Below, piece by piece: positions 24,791-36,766 of a stretch of 64,000 nt of DNA. The number at the start of each line of letters is the position of its first letter. The first letter of the stretch is position 1. Origin of the DNA: Felis catus (taxonomy: Eukaryota); the NCBI RefSeq assembly GCF_018350175.1, contig NC_058383.1, positions 25,236,001-25,300,000 on the forward strand, in the 5' to 3' direction. A program made the position numbers and the translations under genes. The notes beneath the pieces were generated by a model that ran no database searches, was not told the origin of the DNA, and saw only the letters and a list, made by a program, of their open reading frames with translations.

Positions 24791-25673
24791 GAGTCTAGAA
24801 TACCACTAAGGTCCCCTGCCACTTTACTGGAAAGTCGGGAACATACTTAACCACACAGGAGGTTTAAAACACCTAAGTGGCTCCCAAATACCTCCCCTTG
24901 CATTCTTAAGAGGTCTTTCCATTGGGTCTTACATCACCCTCATGTAGCTTTCAGCTTCTTCATGGAAAAGGGAGCTGGGCACCTCCCATGAGCTGGAGTA
25001 CTCGGGGGCCCAGTAAATGCCATTTCAGTGTCCTGGTTAAGAGCATATACTCTGTGGTCCTGCCACTTGGGTTTGTGTTCCGGCTTTTACCAACAGAGCA
25101 CATGGCTTAAACCCTATGAACCTCAGTTTGCTCATCTTTAAAATAAGGGTAAACACAGAAGCAATCCCCTAGGGGCCATTGGGGAAGATTCAATGAGATA
25201 ATGAGTGAAAAGCACACATCCCAATTTCAGTGCTTAATAAACAACAGCTCATTATCTTTATGGCTTTTATTGTCATGGAGGATGTCACACAAAGTGTGAC
25301 TGCCCCTGTCAGGGAGAGTTGGGGAAGTCTTCAGGGAAGAGGCAGGGAAGATCTGAGCAAAAGGCATTAAATGTTCAAAAGTGGGGAAGGGGTGACAGGG
25401 TCACCTAAATCCTACCAAAGTGTCAAGAACTCTGTATTATTCCTCTGGATGTAGAAACATGGATATTTTAAAAGAAGACACAGTTTGAAAGCAAGGCTTA
25501 ACACAGAAGAATGCACAGTGCAATCATAAGGGGAGTTTTGTTTATTTGTTTTGGAGGGAGTCCTCCAGGGACCAAGTCTAAAGAACATGGTACCCAAAGG
25601 GATATAGGAGGACTCTCTTGGTGACCACTGGTCCAGCTGTCCCTACTCTGAGGCTGGGCTCTTCTGTCCGCAG

Positions 25674-26447
25674 GAAGCTGCTCTGAATGTCACAGCAATG
25701 CCACCTGCATGGAGGATGGGGTTGCCACAACCTGCTCCTGCCAGGTGGGTTTCACCGGCGACGGCCTTACGTGCATGGACCTGGATGAATGTGCCATTTC
25801 TGGGGCACACAACTGCTCTGAGGACAGCATCTGTGTGAACATGCTGGGCTCCTACTTGTGCACCTGCCCTGATGGCTTCCGCCTGATGCCTGGGCTGGGT
25901 TGCACCGACGTGGACGAGTGTGCTGAGCCGGGACTCAGCCGCTGCCATGCCCTGGCCACCTGCGTCAACCACAAAGGCAACTACTCATGCGTGTGCCCCG
26001 CTGGCTACTGGGGTGATGGGTGGCACTGTGAGTGTTCCCCAGGCTCCTGCGGGCCAGGACTGGACTGCGTGCCTGAGGGCGACACGCTTGTGTGCGTAGA
26101 CCCATGCCAGGCGCACCACATCCTGGATGAGTACTGGCGCAGCTCTGAGTACGGGGCAGGCTACACCTGTGACTCAGGCCTGAGCGGCTGGTACCGCTTT
26201 GTGGGGCAGGGCGGCGTGCGCCTGGCCGAGACCTGCGTGCCGGTCCTGAGCTGCAACACGGCTGCGCCCATGTGGCTCAACGGCACGCACCCATCCAGTG
26301 ATGAGGGCATTGTGAGCCGCACGACCTGCGCCCACTGGAGGGGCCACTGCTGCCTGTGGGACGCACCTGTGCAAGTGAAGGCCTGTGCCGGCTACTACGT
26401 CTACAACCTGACCGCGCCCCCCGAGTGCTATCTGGCCTACTGCACAG
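25674..26447 (+). CDS. UMOD: UMOD exon 3: EGF I-III, beta-hairpin and D8C/D10C cysteine-rich domain
   Basis: ccgcag acceptor, G/gtgagt donor, 774 nt; ORF 25709..26530 with cbEGF motifs DLDEC and DVDEC, GWYRF and [10 protein letters not shown]. Confidence 0.97.
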
Positions 26448-26554
26448 GTGAGTGGGTGTCTTCCCCCCACCCCCACCTCCACTCCAGGCCTGGGTGGGCA
26501 CCACAGGAGCCTGGGGAGCATCCCTGCTGACTGTCTGTGTCTGTAACTCTGCAG

Positions 26555-26662
26555 ACCCAAGCTCTGTGTTGGGGACGTGTGAGGAGTGCAGTATAGACGA
26601 GGACTGCAAAATGGATGATGGCACATGGAGCTGCCAGTGCAAACAGGACTTCAACATCACTG
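26555..26662 (+). CDS. UMOD: UMOD exon 4 (EGF IV)
   Basis: ctgcag acceptor, G/gtgagg donor, 108 nt; [18 protein letters not shown]...FNIT. Confidence 0.95.
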
Positions 26663-27853
26663 GTGAGGCCAGTGGGAGGAGGCAAGGTGTTGAGAAATGT
26701 CAGCAACTGGGGGAGGGACATGGTCCTGTGTGATACATATCATCCAATTTGAGTGAAAAGAAGGTCCAGTAATATCTATTAAAACCAGGAGAAGCTCTCT
26801 AGGCTCCTGGTCTCATTTTAGTTGGCCCCAAAGCCCCCAGAGCTTAGGGACTTCCTTATCCCCACCTTCTTTCTGAGGCTCCCACACGACAGCAGGACAG
26901 GGGAAGCTGCTACCTGTTGGCCAAAGACTACCTAAGCCATATTTCTGCAGCCCAAGAACACAGGACTGGTGACCAGCCTGCGGTTTCTTCCACTGACCCC
27001 TGGAAGACCCATAGCAGGGGTCTGGCCATCTCTGAGCCTCAGATTCCCCATATGTACAATTATTGAAGCAGGAAAGTATCTCCCAAACTTCAGTCATGAT
27101 TTTAGTCACATCCAAGTTCAAATCTTACAATTTTTCTTTATGCAAGTACTAGCTTATACTGGGATTTTTATTAGTAACTTGTTTTTCTTTAAATTGATTG
27201 AATCCTTCTTCTTTGAAATAAACTTGGGACATTGATGGTCACTACTGCATCTATCTGTGGCAAGTAACACCTTCGATAGAAGGTAACAGTAAAAATGAAT
27301 ACAAGAAAAGAAAATTATTAAATTCTAGCAGCTGTGTAATATTTCAATTTTAAAGTAAAAAAAAAAATCCAGCTAGATGTTATTTTGTTCCCCAAACACT
27401 TAGCCTGATATCTGCATTCTGTTGTTTTGAAAGGGAAATTAGTAAGTGCAGAGCATTAAAAACATTAGTAACTAGTGAGGACTATCTCTTTGATATAGAA
27501 AGGATGGAAAGATACTATAATTAATGTGTTGTTTTGTTTTGTCTTACTGAGATTCAATGTATTTAATGCTGGGGGGTGAATGGATCAAAAATGTTTTCAT
27601 TTGTATACAATCCACATAGAAGGTCAACAAGGGGCTGATGGATGGCCACTTGAATCCATCCAGTGATTCTCAGAGTCCAATCTTGTGTCTCAGTCCCTCT
27701 GATAGGGAAGACCACAGCAAGAACAGACAGAGGCTAATCTGAGTGCCCTCCAGGTGGTGGATAGCCCAACCAATTGGGCCCAGGGCCTGGAGATGTGGTG
27801 GACCCCAAATTGTGGTCACTGGCTTCCAATCCCACCTTCCCTGCCTATTTCAG

Positions 27854-28062
27854 ATCTCTCCCACCTGGAGCGCAGGCTGGAGTGTGGGGCCAATAACATC
27901 AAGGTGTCCCTGAGCAAGTGCCAGCTGAAGAGCCTGGGCTTTGAGAAAGTTTTCATGTACCTGCGTGACAGCCAGTGCTCAGGCTTCATTGAGAGGGGAG
28001 ACCGGGACTGGATATCTGTGGTGACCCCAGCCAGGGATGGCCCCTGTGGGACAGTGATGACG
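27854..28062 (+). CDS. UMOD: UMOD exon 5 (start of ZP-N)
   Basis: tttcag acceptor, ACG/gtatgt donor, 209 nt; [17 protein letters not shown]. Confidence 0.95.
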
Positions 28063-28944
28063 GTATGTGCTGGTCAGTGTGGGACAGGGTGAGAGCACTG
28101 CCTGGTTCAAGCCCTAGCTTTATCATTTCCCAGTTGTATGAACCTGGCTGTGCCTCAGTTTCCTCAACTATAAAATGGGATAATAGTACCTACTTCATAG
28201 GATTTTTAAGAGGATTAAATGAGTTATTGTATGTGAAGTGATTAGGACAGTGACTGGCACAGTGTAAATGCTTAATAAATGTTAGCTTCAAATAAAGAGA
28301 ATGATCCTGATGACAGTTCCCCATTTTACAGATGGGAACAGAAGGGCCTATACAGGAAAGTAATTCTTCTCAGCCAGTAGGTATTGGCACTGGGCTCAGA
28401 AGCAGGTCTGTCTATCTTGGGTGATCCTGGGAGGCAAGGTCTGCATCACTGGTGTCTAGAGAACCAGGACTTCACCTACAGAAACCTCCTCAAAAGGGAC
28501 CCAGAGGTTAATGTTTGAGTGAACACTGCTTCCCCAACTCCCTCATCCCCCGGAAAGAAAAGGAAAGAAGACAAAAGAAAGGAAGAAGGAAGTTTTCATT
28601 TGCTGCATGTAGCGTTTAAAATTCCAGCATTAACAATGAGTCAGGACATGGTTTTTAGTCTTTTTAGTGTATGAGAGAGGAAACATGGCCTAAGTGGAAG
28701 AGCCCAGGCTCTTAGATCCCACGTCTTGTGGGCAAGTTACTCAGAGTTAGTCAGTTTCTATGAAGCCCCATCTCCTCATCATGAGGCAGGAGATAGTAGA
28801 GCTTAGGGTCATTGAAGGGGCCAATACAGTGATGCCGGAGGAACATTTCGCTCAGGACCTAGCACGTGATGCATGCTCATAGATGGCTGCTGTTGTTATA
28901 ACTTTTGATTATGACAGCTGGGAGGACAGCTCACAGGTAGCTAG

Positions 28945-29259
<315 letters not shown>

Positions 29260-30749
29260 TAAGGAGCTGGGTGGGGGTACTGGGAGCGAGCATTCCCAAT
29301 GGAATACAGCCCAACTGGGAATACTGGAGCCCAGATTCAAATCCAGGCTCTGTCACATACTAACAAGATGGCTTTGGAAACTGATAGCCCCACCCTGGGT
29401 GATGGTCTTCAGTGAAATGGACTTAGCAGTACATTATTAGAAGCACAATAGTGCTTTGCATATGTAAATCAAATATTAGGGCCTCTAGCTTATCAGAGGG
29501 GCAGGGTGGTTGGACCAGACAGAAGGAGGGAGGGCTCCTGGTCCAGACCTGCTATTTATATGATACATAAATCATATGCCATATTTGAATCTCTGTTTCC
29601 TTCCTTCTCTGTAAAAAGAAGGAGTTGACTAAAGAGGGATTTAAAATTATGCCTCTTGGGGTTTCAGGGTCTTTAAGGAAGTGCCTTTGGGGATGCCTAC
29701 AAGGTGAACCAGAGATGTTCCACCTATAATGGGTGCCACATGTGGTTTTATTACTTAAAAAAATAATAAAAGGATCCTGTTGCCAAATAAAACTGAAAAT
29801 CTCTGAGTAGGACGACTCACAAGCCAATGATGCTGATGTTGGAAAAATTACAGTTGTAATTAGAACAAGCATTTATGAAGAGCTGACTATATGTCAGGCA
29901 TTGTGCTAACAGCTCTACCGGAAATCTCAGTGAAATCTTAGAGCACCTTAAGAGGTATAGGTATTACTATTATTATTATTCCCATTATACAGATGTGGAA
30001 ATTGAGGCTCAGAGAAGGTTGAGGAACTTGTCCGAAAGTAGAGTTTAGTAAGTGACAGAGCTGGGATTCAAACCCAGGCCATCAGGCCCAGAGTCCCCAC
30101 TCTACCATGGCCTTAATTGTGAAGCTCACCCATGGTTACATGCTCTTTGGGCCAACCAGACTTGGGGAAGGGCACTAGGCACTGATGAGGGTGCCTGGCT
30201 TACTTGGGGGAAGAAGGCTGCTCATTGTCTGCCTTTGGATGGGTCATCATCTGGTCAAGCAGTTCACTGAAGCAACGTGGTGGCCATGTCTCAGCCTGAC
30301 AGACTTCAGGGAGCAAAACATCTGTGTGCAGATGTGTCTCTGCTTTGAGCTGGGAATCTTGCCTTACTCCAAATCTGAGTCCTAGCCAACAACCCACTTC
30401 TCACTTATAACATGGACTTCTGCATTACTGCGCTTTTATCATACACCTTGTTTCTAGGGTATCAGTCTTACAATGTCCTTTATTGGCTCATCCTGTGAAG
30501 TCTACATCAGTGCAGCTATTTCCAGTGTGGTTTACTTGTAACCACAAATAAATTTACAAATTGACAAATTTACAAAACCCCTGTCTTCTGCTGTAGGTAG
30601 AACCAGAACTCTGACTTAGGCCTGTAGGACTCATAGTCTCCCTTTCAACGGTTCCAGGTTGAGACCAAAGAAGAAATGTAGGTGACTCCCTTGAGAATTT
30701 GTTTATTGCACTTCTTAAAGGCAAGGGCTACCATGTGAGGGAGGTAGAC

Positions 30750-31291
<542 letters not shown>

Positions 31292-31551
31292 TGAGGCTCC
31301 TGGATGGAATTCCAGGGAAGAACGGGGCAATCTCTGGATTGGGATTTGGGGAAAAGTACATCTTTATATTTGTTCATCTCTAGCTGAAAATCTAACATTA
31401 CCATCCACTATGAACATAGGCAACAAATCATGAAAGTATTAGCAGGACATGTGCACATGTTAATACTTTTCAGTTACTAGAATATTACAGTTTCTACTAG
31501 AAATTATTTAATGTATTATCAGTATGTATTTATATATAATAGATATGTAAA

Positions 31552-31762
31552 AGGGCACCTGGATGGCTCAGTCGGTTAAGCATCCTGACCAGCTCAGGTC
31601 ATGATCTCACAGTTCGTGAGTTTGAGCCCCACGTCGGGCTCTGTGCTGACAGCTCAGAGCCGGGAGCCTGCTTCGGATTCTGTGTTTCCCTTTCTCTCTG
31701 CCCCTCCCCCACTGACATTCTGTTTCTCAAAAATAAATAAAAAATAAACGTTAAAAAATTTT
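31552..31762 (+). mobile_element. CAN-SINE
   Basis: Perfect TSD TATAATAGATATGTAAA at 31535-31551 and 31763-31779. Confidence 0.93.
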
Positions 31763-33859
31763 TATAATAGATATGTAAATATATAATATATATATCAAAT
31801 GTTTGAATATTTTGAGAACTACACTTCAATTTAACTGGTTTCCTTTATAATCTTAGGTACTTTATGTGTTTAAAACATTATTTTTGAGGAGGGATGCATG
31901 GGCTTTACCAGAAGGCTGGAGGTGTCCAGGACTCAAGAAAAGGTTAAGAAACCTGACTGAAAGGTGCACCCACCCAAGGCAGGAGGCAAGCAAGCAGGAC
32001 TTGGCTGGGAGGAGTGCACTGGAGACAGTTAATCAAGGACCAGTTGTAAAAGGGAGGACACAGAAGTGCTGCTTTTTACTCCAGAGGCATTGGAGAACCA
32101 TGGGCCACACTGTGAGAAAGTAATTCACACTGTCATTCAAAATGGAACAGATGTTTCTGGAAGCTTACTGTGTACCAGGCTCTGTGGATAACACAGTGCA
32201 TAGAACAGACAAACCTCTATGCCCTCATACAGCTGATATTCCAAGGGGTGGGGGGAGACCAATAATTAACCAAGATGAAATCCATAGCATGTCAGTGGTA
32301 ATGGAGCTACAGGAAAAACCCAAAGCAGGAAAAGGGGAGAGGCATTTGCAATTTTAGTAGCATAGTCAGGAAGACAGTGACCTATTCCTGATTCAGTTCT
32401 TAGAATGTGTCTAATTACATCAAGGGAAAAGTCTCAGTTGGGTGCTCACCTGACATTTACACTTCTCTGTTATTTGCTAATCCCCTTTGCAGCAGAAAGA
32501 AAGCAGAAGTCTGTTTTAGGGCCTTTAGCTGTGACAGTAGCTAACTAAAATTTAATAGCACTGTTTTACTTTGTATTTATCTGTAAATGGTCATGTTTTG
32601 CTTATGGCAAGCGATACTGGTTTGCCATTTGTGGTCAGGATCTGAAGATTCTTCTGAAAAAATTGATGTATTCCAATAAAAATTTACATGTATTTGATGA
32701 AAATAGTAAGTAGATAATAATACAGATGTTGGGAAACACAGGAAAACATACATGAAGGTGGTTTCTAGGTAAGGCAAAAAAAAATTGGGAAAGGGTTGGC
32801 ATGATCTTGATTGGGCCATCATGGAGACTTGGGTTCACATCTTGGCTTTGCTGTTTCTTTGTCCAGAGACACAAGCCATCTCATCTGTCTGACTATTCAT
32901 GTTCTCATATGTGAAATGAGCATATGTGCAGTTGAACATGTACACTGTGGAACGCTTGGAAAGTTTTGAAAAAGAAGCAGGAAGAAATGCTGGATGTGCC
33001 TTTGTTTTTCTGTCTGGGCATGTGTGGGAGCTGGATTGGGGACCACCAGTCTGAGAGAGATGTCAAACATCTCAGGATGTGTAAGGAGGAGCCGGCTGGG
33101 GAGACAGTAAGAGGGGCTGGATGCCCTGCTCAGGTTGTGTGCATGGGTCTTTCAGGCAGTGGGTGTCCTTAACCTCAGGGCCTTTATTTTGCCAAGTGGA
33201 GTGTGCACTTTTGCAATCAGATCTGAATTGTGCGGGACACAAAGCAAAGAGGTCCCTTCTCAGTTCTTCCTCTGTGCAATCAGCATTCAGCCCCTCTCCT
33301 AAATCAATTCTGAGCAAATCATGTAAAATAGCAGAGAAGATGCCCAATTTGTCTGCCCATGTGTCCTGATCCAGCCCAGCACATACATGAGTCATTGCAT
33401 GTGCAGTTTTGAGTTTAGGTGCCATTGTGTACATTTACAGATGGGCACACACACATACACACACACTCCCATTTGGTCATTGCCCCTCAGGACTTGGAAG
33501 TTGCCCACTGTTATAGTTAGAACCACCTACATAAAAGATAGCAAAGGAATGGTAGCTAAGGATCCTGAATGTCATTTCCTAGGAAACCAAGCTGACTTCA
33601 TCACATAGTTTCAACTCTGTGCTGACCACAGTTTTACTTCACCATCATATATATGTAGCATCTACTATGTGTCATATACTATAGTGAGCACTTTGAAAAG
33701 TTAACTGGCTTAATTTTCACAGCTATCTTATGAAATGGGTTACAAATAGTACTCCCTGTATACACGGGGAGACTGGGGCACAGAGAGATTAAATTGCTCA
33801 AGGACACACAGCAAATAATAGGGGGAGGAGTGAGAGTTGAACCCAGAAGTTTGGCCATA

Positions 33860-33895
33860 ATTGCTTCTCGGACTTTTGGCTAAGATCAAGTGCAG
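33860..33895 (+). pseudogene. 3'-truncated U2 snRNA retropseudogene (U2 nt 1-36)
   Basis: ATTGCTTCTCGGACTTTTGGCTAAGATCAAGTGCAG versus the U2 5' end ATCGCTTCTCGGCCTTTTGGCTAAGATCAAGTGTAG (33/36); perfect direct repeat GAAGTTTGGCCATA at 33846-33859 and 33896-33909. Confidence 0.93.
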
Positions 33896-33940
33896 GAAGT
33901 TTGGCCATAGAGTGCTTGTTTAACCAACCATGTTTTATGA

Positions 33941-34177
<237 letters not shown>

Positions 34178-34696
34178 TAACCAAAGACATCTGGCCACAA
34201 ACATTTTGGCTGTGTTTCTCTTTTAGTCCAGGAATACAATGAGCAGTAAGATGGGGTGGGCGTGGCCAGGTAAGAGACTTAAGCTGTTGGGAAATCAGGT
34301 GAGATCAGTGCATTGCAACTGGCTGGTAAATGCTCTGGCTTATCTGCACGCTTGTGTTCTGATAACAGAAGCTGACATTTTAAAGCACCAGGTGCACCTT
34401 ATCTGTGTTAATTTTTTAATTCTTTGCAGTAACTAAAGGGGAGGAATTTTATTAGTTCCTTATATGAGCCACTCAGAGAACTTTGGTAATTTGCTTAAGA
34501 TCATATACCTAACAAATGGTAGAGGTGGGGCATGAGCCCAGGTATGCAGATTTCCTGACAACCCCTGCTTTGACCATCCTCAAGCCCCAGACTGAGGCAG
34601 GAGGATGCCCTTGTGAGGAGTGCAGCCCATTCCCAACGGCAGGACCACATTCAGTCTCCCTCATGGAAGGGTTTCTTTGTTGCCCTCTTCCTGCAG

Positions 34697-34778
34697 ACCT
34701 GCTCTGGGACCAGATTCCGCAGTGGGGGCATCATAGACCAAACCCATGTCCTGAACCTGGGTCCCATCACACGGAAAA
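34697..34778 (+). CDS. UMOD: UMOD exon 9 (RFRS cleavage site, external hydrophobic patch [10 protein letters not shown])
   Basis: ctgcag acceptor, A/gtaaga donor, 82 nt. Confidence 0.95.
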
Positions 34779-35511
34779 GTAAGAAAGATACTCCCTCCTC
34801 CCATGCTCCTGGTGGGGAATATTCTCTGGAGATGAGGAGGAATGACAGAACTCAACATGTGGATCTTACTATGTTCAGAACTGGAGCAAGTCAATTCTGT
34901 GGGGCAAGGTGGACTATAAGCTGCCTTCCTTTTACCAGTTCTGAGTCATGTGTTCTTTCTGTTGCACAAATTTGTTCTTCTGCCTCCTGTGTACTAGGCC
35001 CTATACTAGTGGTTGGGGATCCTGTGGTGAGCAAAAGCAGACACAGATCTGGTTCACATGGAACTTAGAGACCACTGGAGCCGACATTATTCAACTGAGG
35101 AGGGATTAACTAAGAGGGGTCAGGGAAAAGGGGTGAGGGGAAGGGAATCTCAGGGTACAGAGGGTACAGCATGGGCAAAGGGCCTGTAGTGGGACGTAGC
35201 CCAGCCTGCTAGAGGAACTGAGAAAAGGCCGGGCAGGCTGGAAAGAAGAGGATGTTGGTATAGGACAAGCTGATGTAGTGGGGTCCAGACCATGTGGGGA
35301 CTTACAGTTGTTGCTAAGTTTTGGGGCCTTTCTCCTGAAAGTAGTGGGGAACCCCTGAAAGGTCAAAAGCAGGGAAATGACATGATCAGGCCCAGGTTTT
35401 AAAAAGACTACTCTGGCTGGAAGGAGAAGAGCAAATTGAAGGGCTTTCTCTCAGGATTTTTGCCAACTGCATGCCTTCTCCTCACACTGATCCTTCTCTT
35501 TCCATCTACAG

Positions 35512-35553
35512 ATGTCCAGGCCGTAGTCTCAAGGGCTGCTTCCAGCAGCCTGG
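35512..35553 (+). CDS. UMOD: UMOD exon 10 (GPI attachment region, NVQAVVSRAASSSL)
   Basis: ctacag acceptor, G/gtaagt donor, 42 nt. Confidence 0.9.
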
Positions 35554-36704
35554 GTAAGTTCAGGTCCCCTTTTCAGGGGACATCCACGAGAACCTTCCCC
35601 TGGGGCTTTTATCTATAAGCCCAGGATGTGCTGGAGCACCTGGCTTGGTTGGCCTGAGCTCTGAAGAGGTGACTACACCTGTGGAAATGCCTGGTCCTGG
35701 GGATGTACATATGCACATATATGTATGCTGTCCCCCGCTAGTGCACATGTGCACACAGACACAGGCATGCATAGACAGGCACCCCAGAATGTACATCACC
35801 CAGACATGTTTGCACACACACAGACACACACATACCAGGTCACATGCATATATTCATATTTGTACACACAGATGCACAGACAGCTAGAGTTGCATGCATG
35901 CATATTTGCAGGTACAGACACACACACAGTTAAACAAACTTATACCTAGTAGACATGCACACACTAGATCTGCATCCTGGGCACTTCCTGAAGCTTTGTG
36001 ATTTATCTCTAACACTATTTTCAGGATTCACTCAGCAGGTAACAAATATATGTTCAGTGCTACTACATGCCAAAGACAATGCTTAGTTCCAGGATGAACA
36101 CAATAGACAAACAAGAAACCCTGTTTCTCTGCTTCTCTGATGACAAAGGCCAGGGACAGGTGGCATTTTATGGCCTTTGACTGACTTGTCTGAAAATATG
36201 GATGAAAAGTGAATTAATGTAACTGTTGCCCTTCTTGGCTCCTGGTATCTAGATCTGAAGGAGTTGTTACACCAACTTAGTGTTTTACCTGAGCTAGTCC
36301 AACCCTGTACCAGTGACCTTGGAGCTGGAGATCTAAGGTGTTCCTAAGAGGCTTCTCCTCTGTGAATATCTCAAGGTTACAAAGGATGCTTGAGTAGGTT
36401 GGGCCCTGCACATCAGTGTCCTTTTGAGGGGCTACCAATGCCCTTCCTAATGCCAGAGGAAAGACTGTCTTCTTCAATCTGGTCCACCTGAGAGGGCACC
36501 TTTCTCTATTTTTCTACTCTGAGTGGCACCTTTCTCTAATTGGATTTCAGAGCAGATCAAGAGAAAGAAGTTTCCTTTTTCTAATTGATCAGCCCAGAGA
36601 GGGTATCCTTTCCTAACTGGTCAGTCTGGAGGAGGCACCTAATGTTAGTTTTGCACAAAAATACATCCGTGTTAGCAGCAGCCCTAGAATTGCTTTCTTT
36701 GCAG

Positions 36705-36766
36705 GGTTCCTGAAGGTCTGGCTGCCTCTGCTTCTGTTGGCCTCCTTGACCCTGATGTCTCAGTGA
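36705..36766 (+). CDS. UMOD: UMOD exon 11: hydrophobic GPI signal and stop (GFLKVWLPLLLLASLTLMSQ*)
   Basis: ctttgcag acceptor, TGA ending at 36766; coding exons sum to 1929 nt = 642 aa. Confidence 0.93.

Noticed and set aside
26174..26626. 150-aa minus-strand ORF, and similarly 25643..25972 and 45012..45473
   Set aside because: These are antisense shadows of GC-rich coding exons with no independent gene features.
33860..33895. Functional U2 snRNA gene
   Set aside because: It covers only 36 of about 190 nt, has no Sm site, and is flanked by TSDs typical of a retrocopy.
35700..35965. CA/TG-rich stretch with overlapping ORFs, also at 59250-59400 and 59720-60060
   Set aside because: Degenerate (CA)n low-complexity sequence; the ORFs are compositional artifacts.
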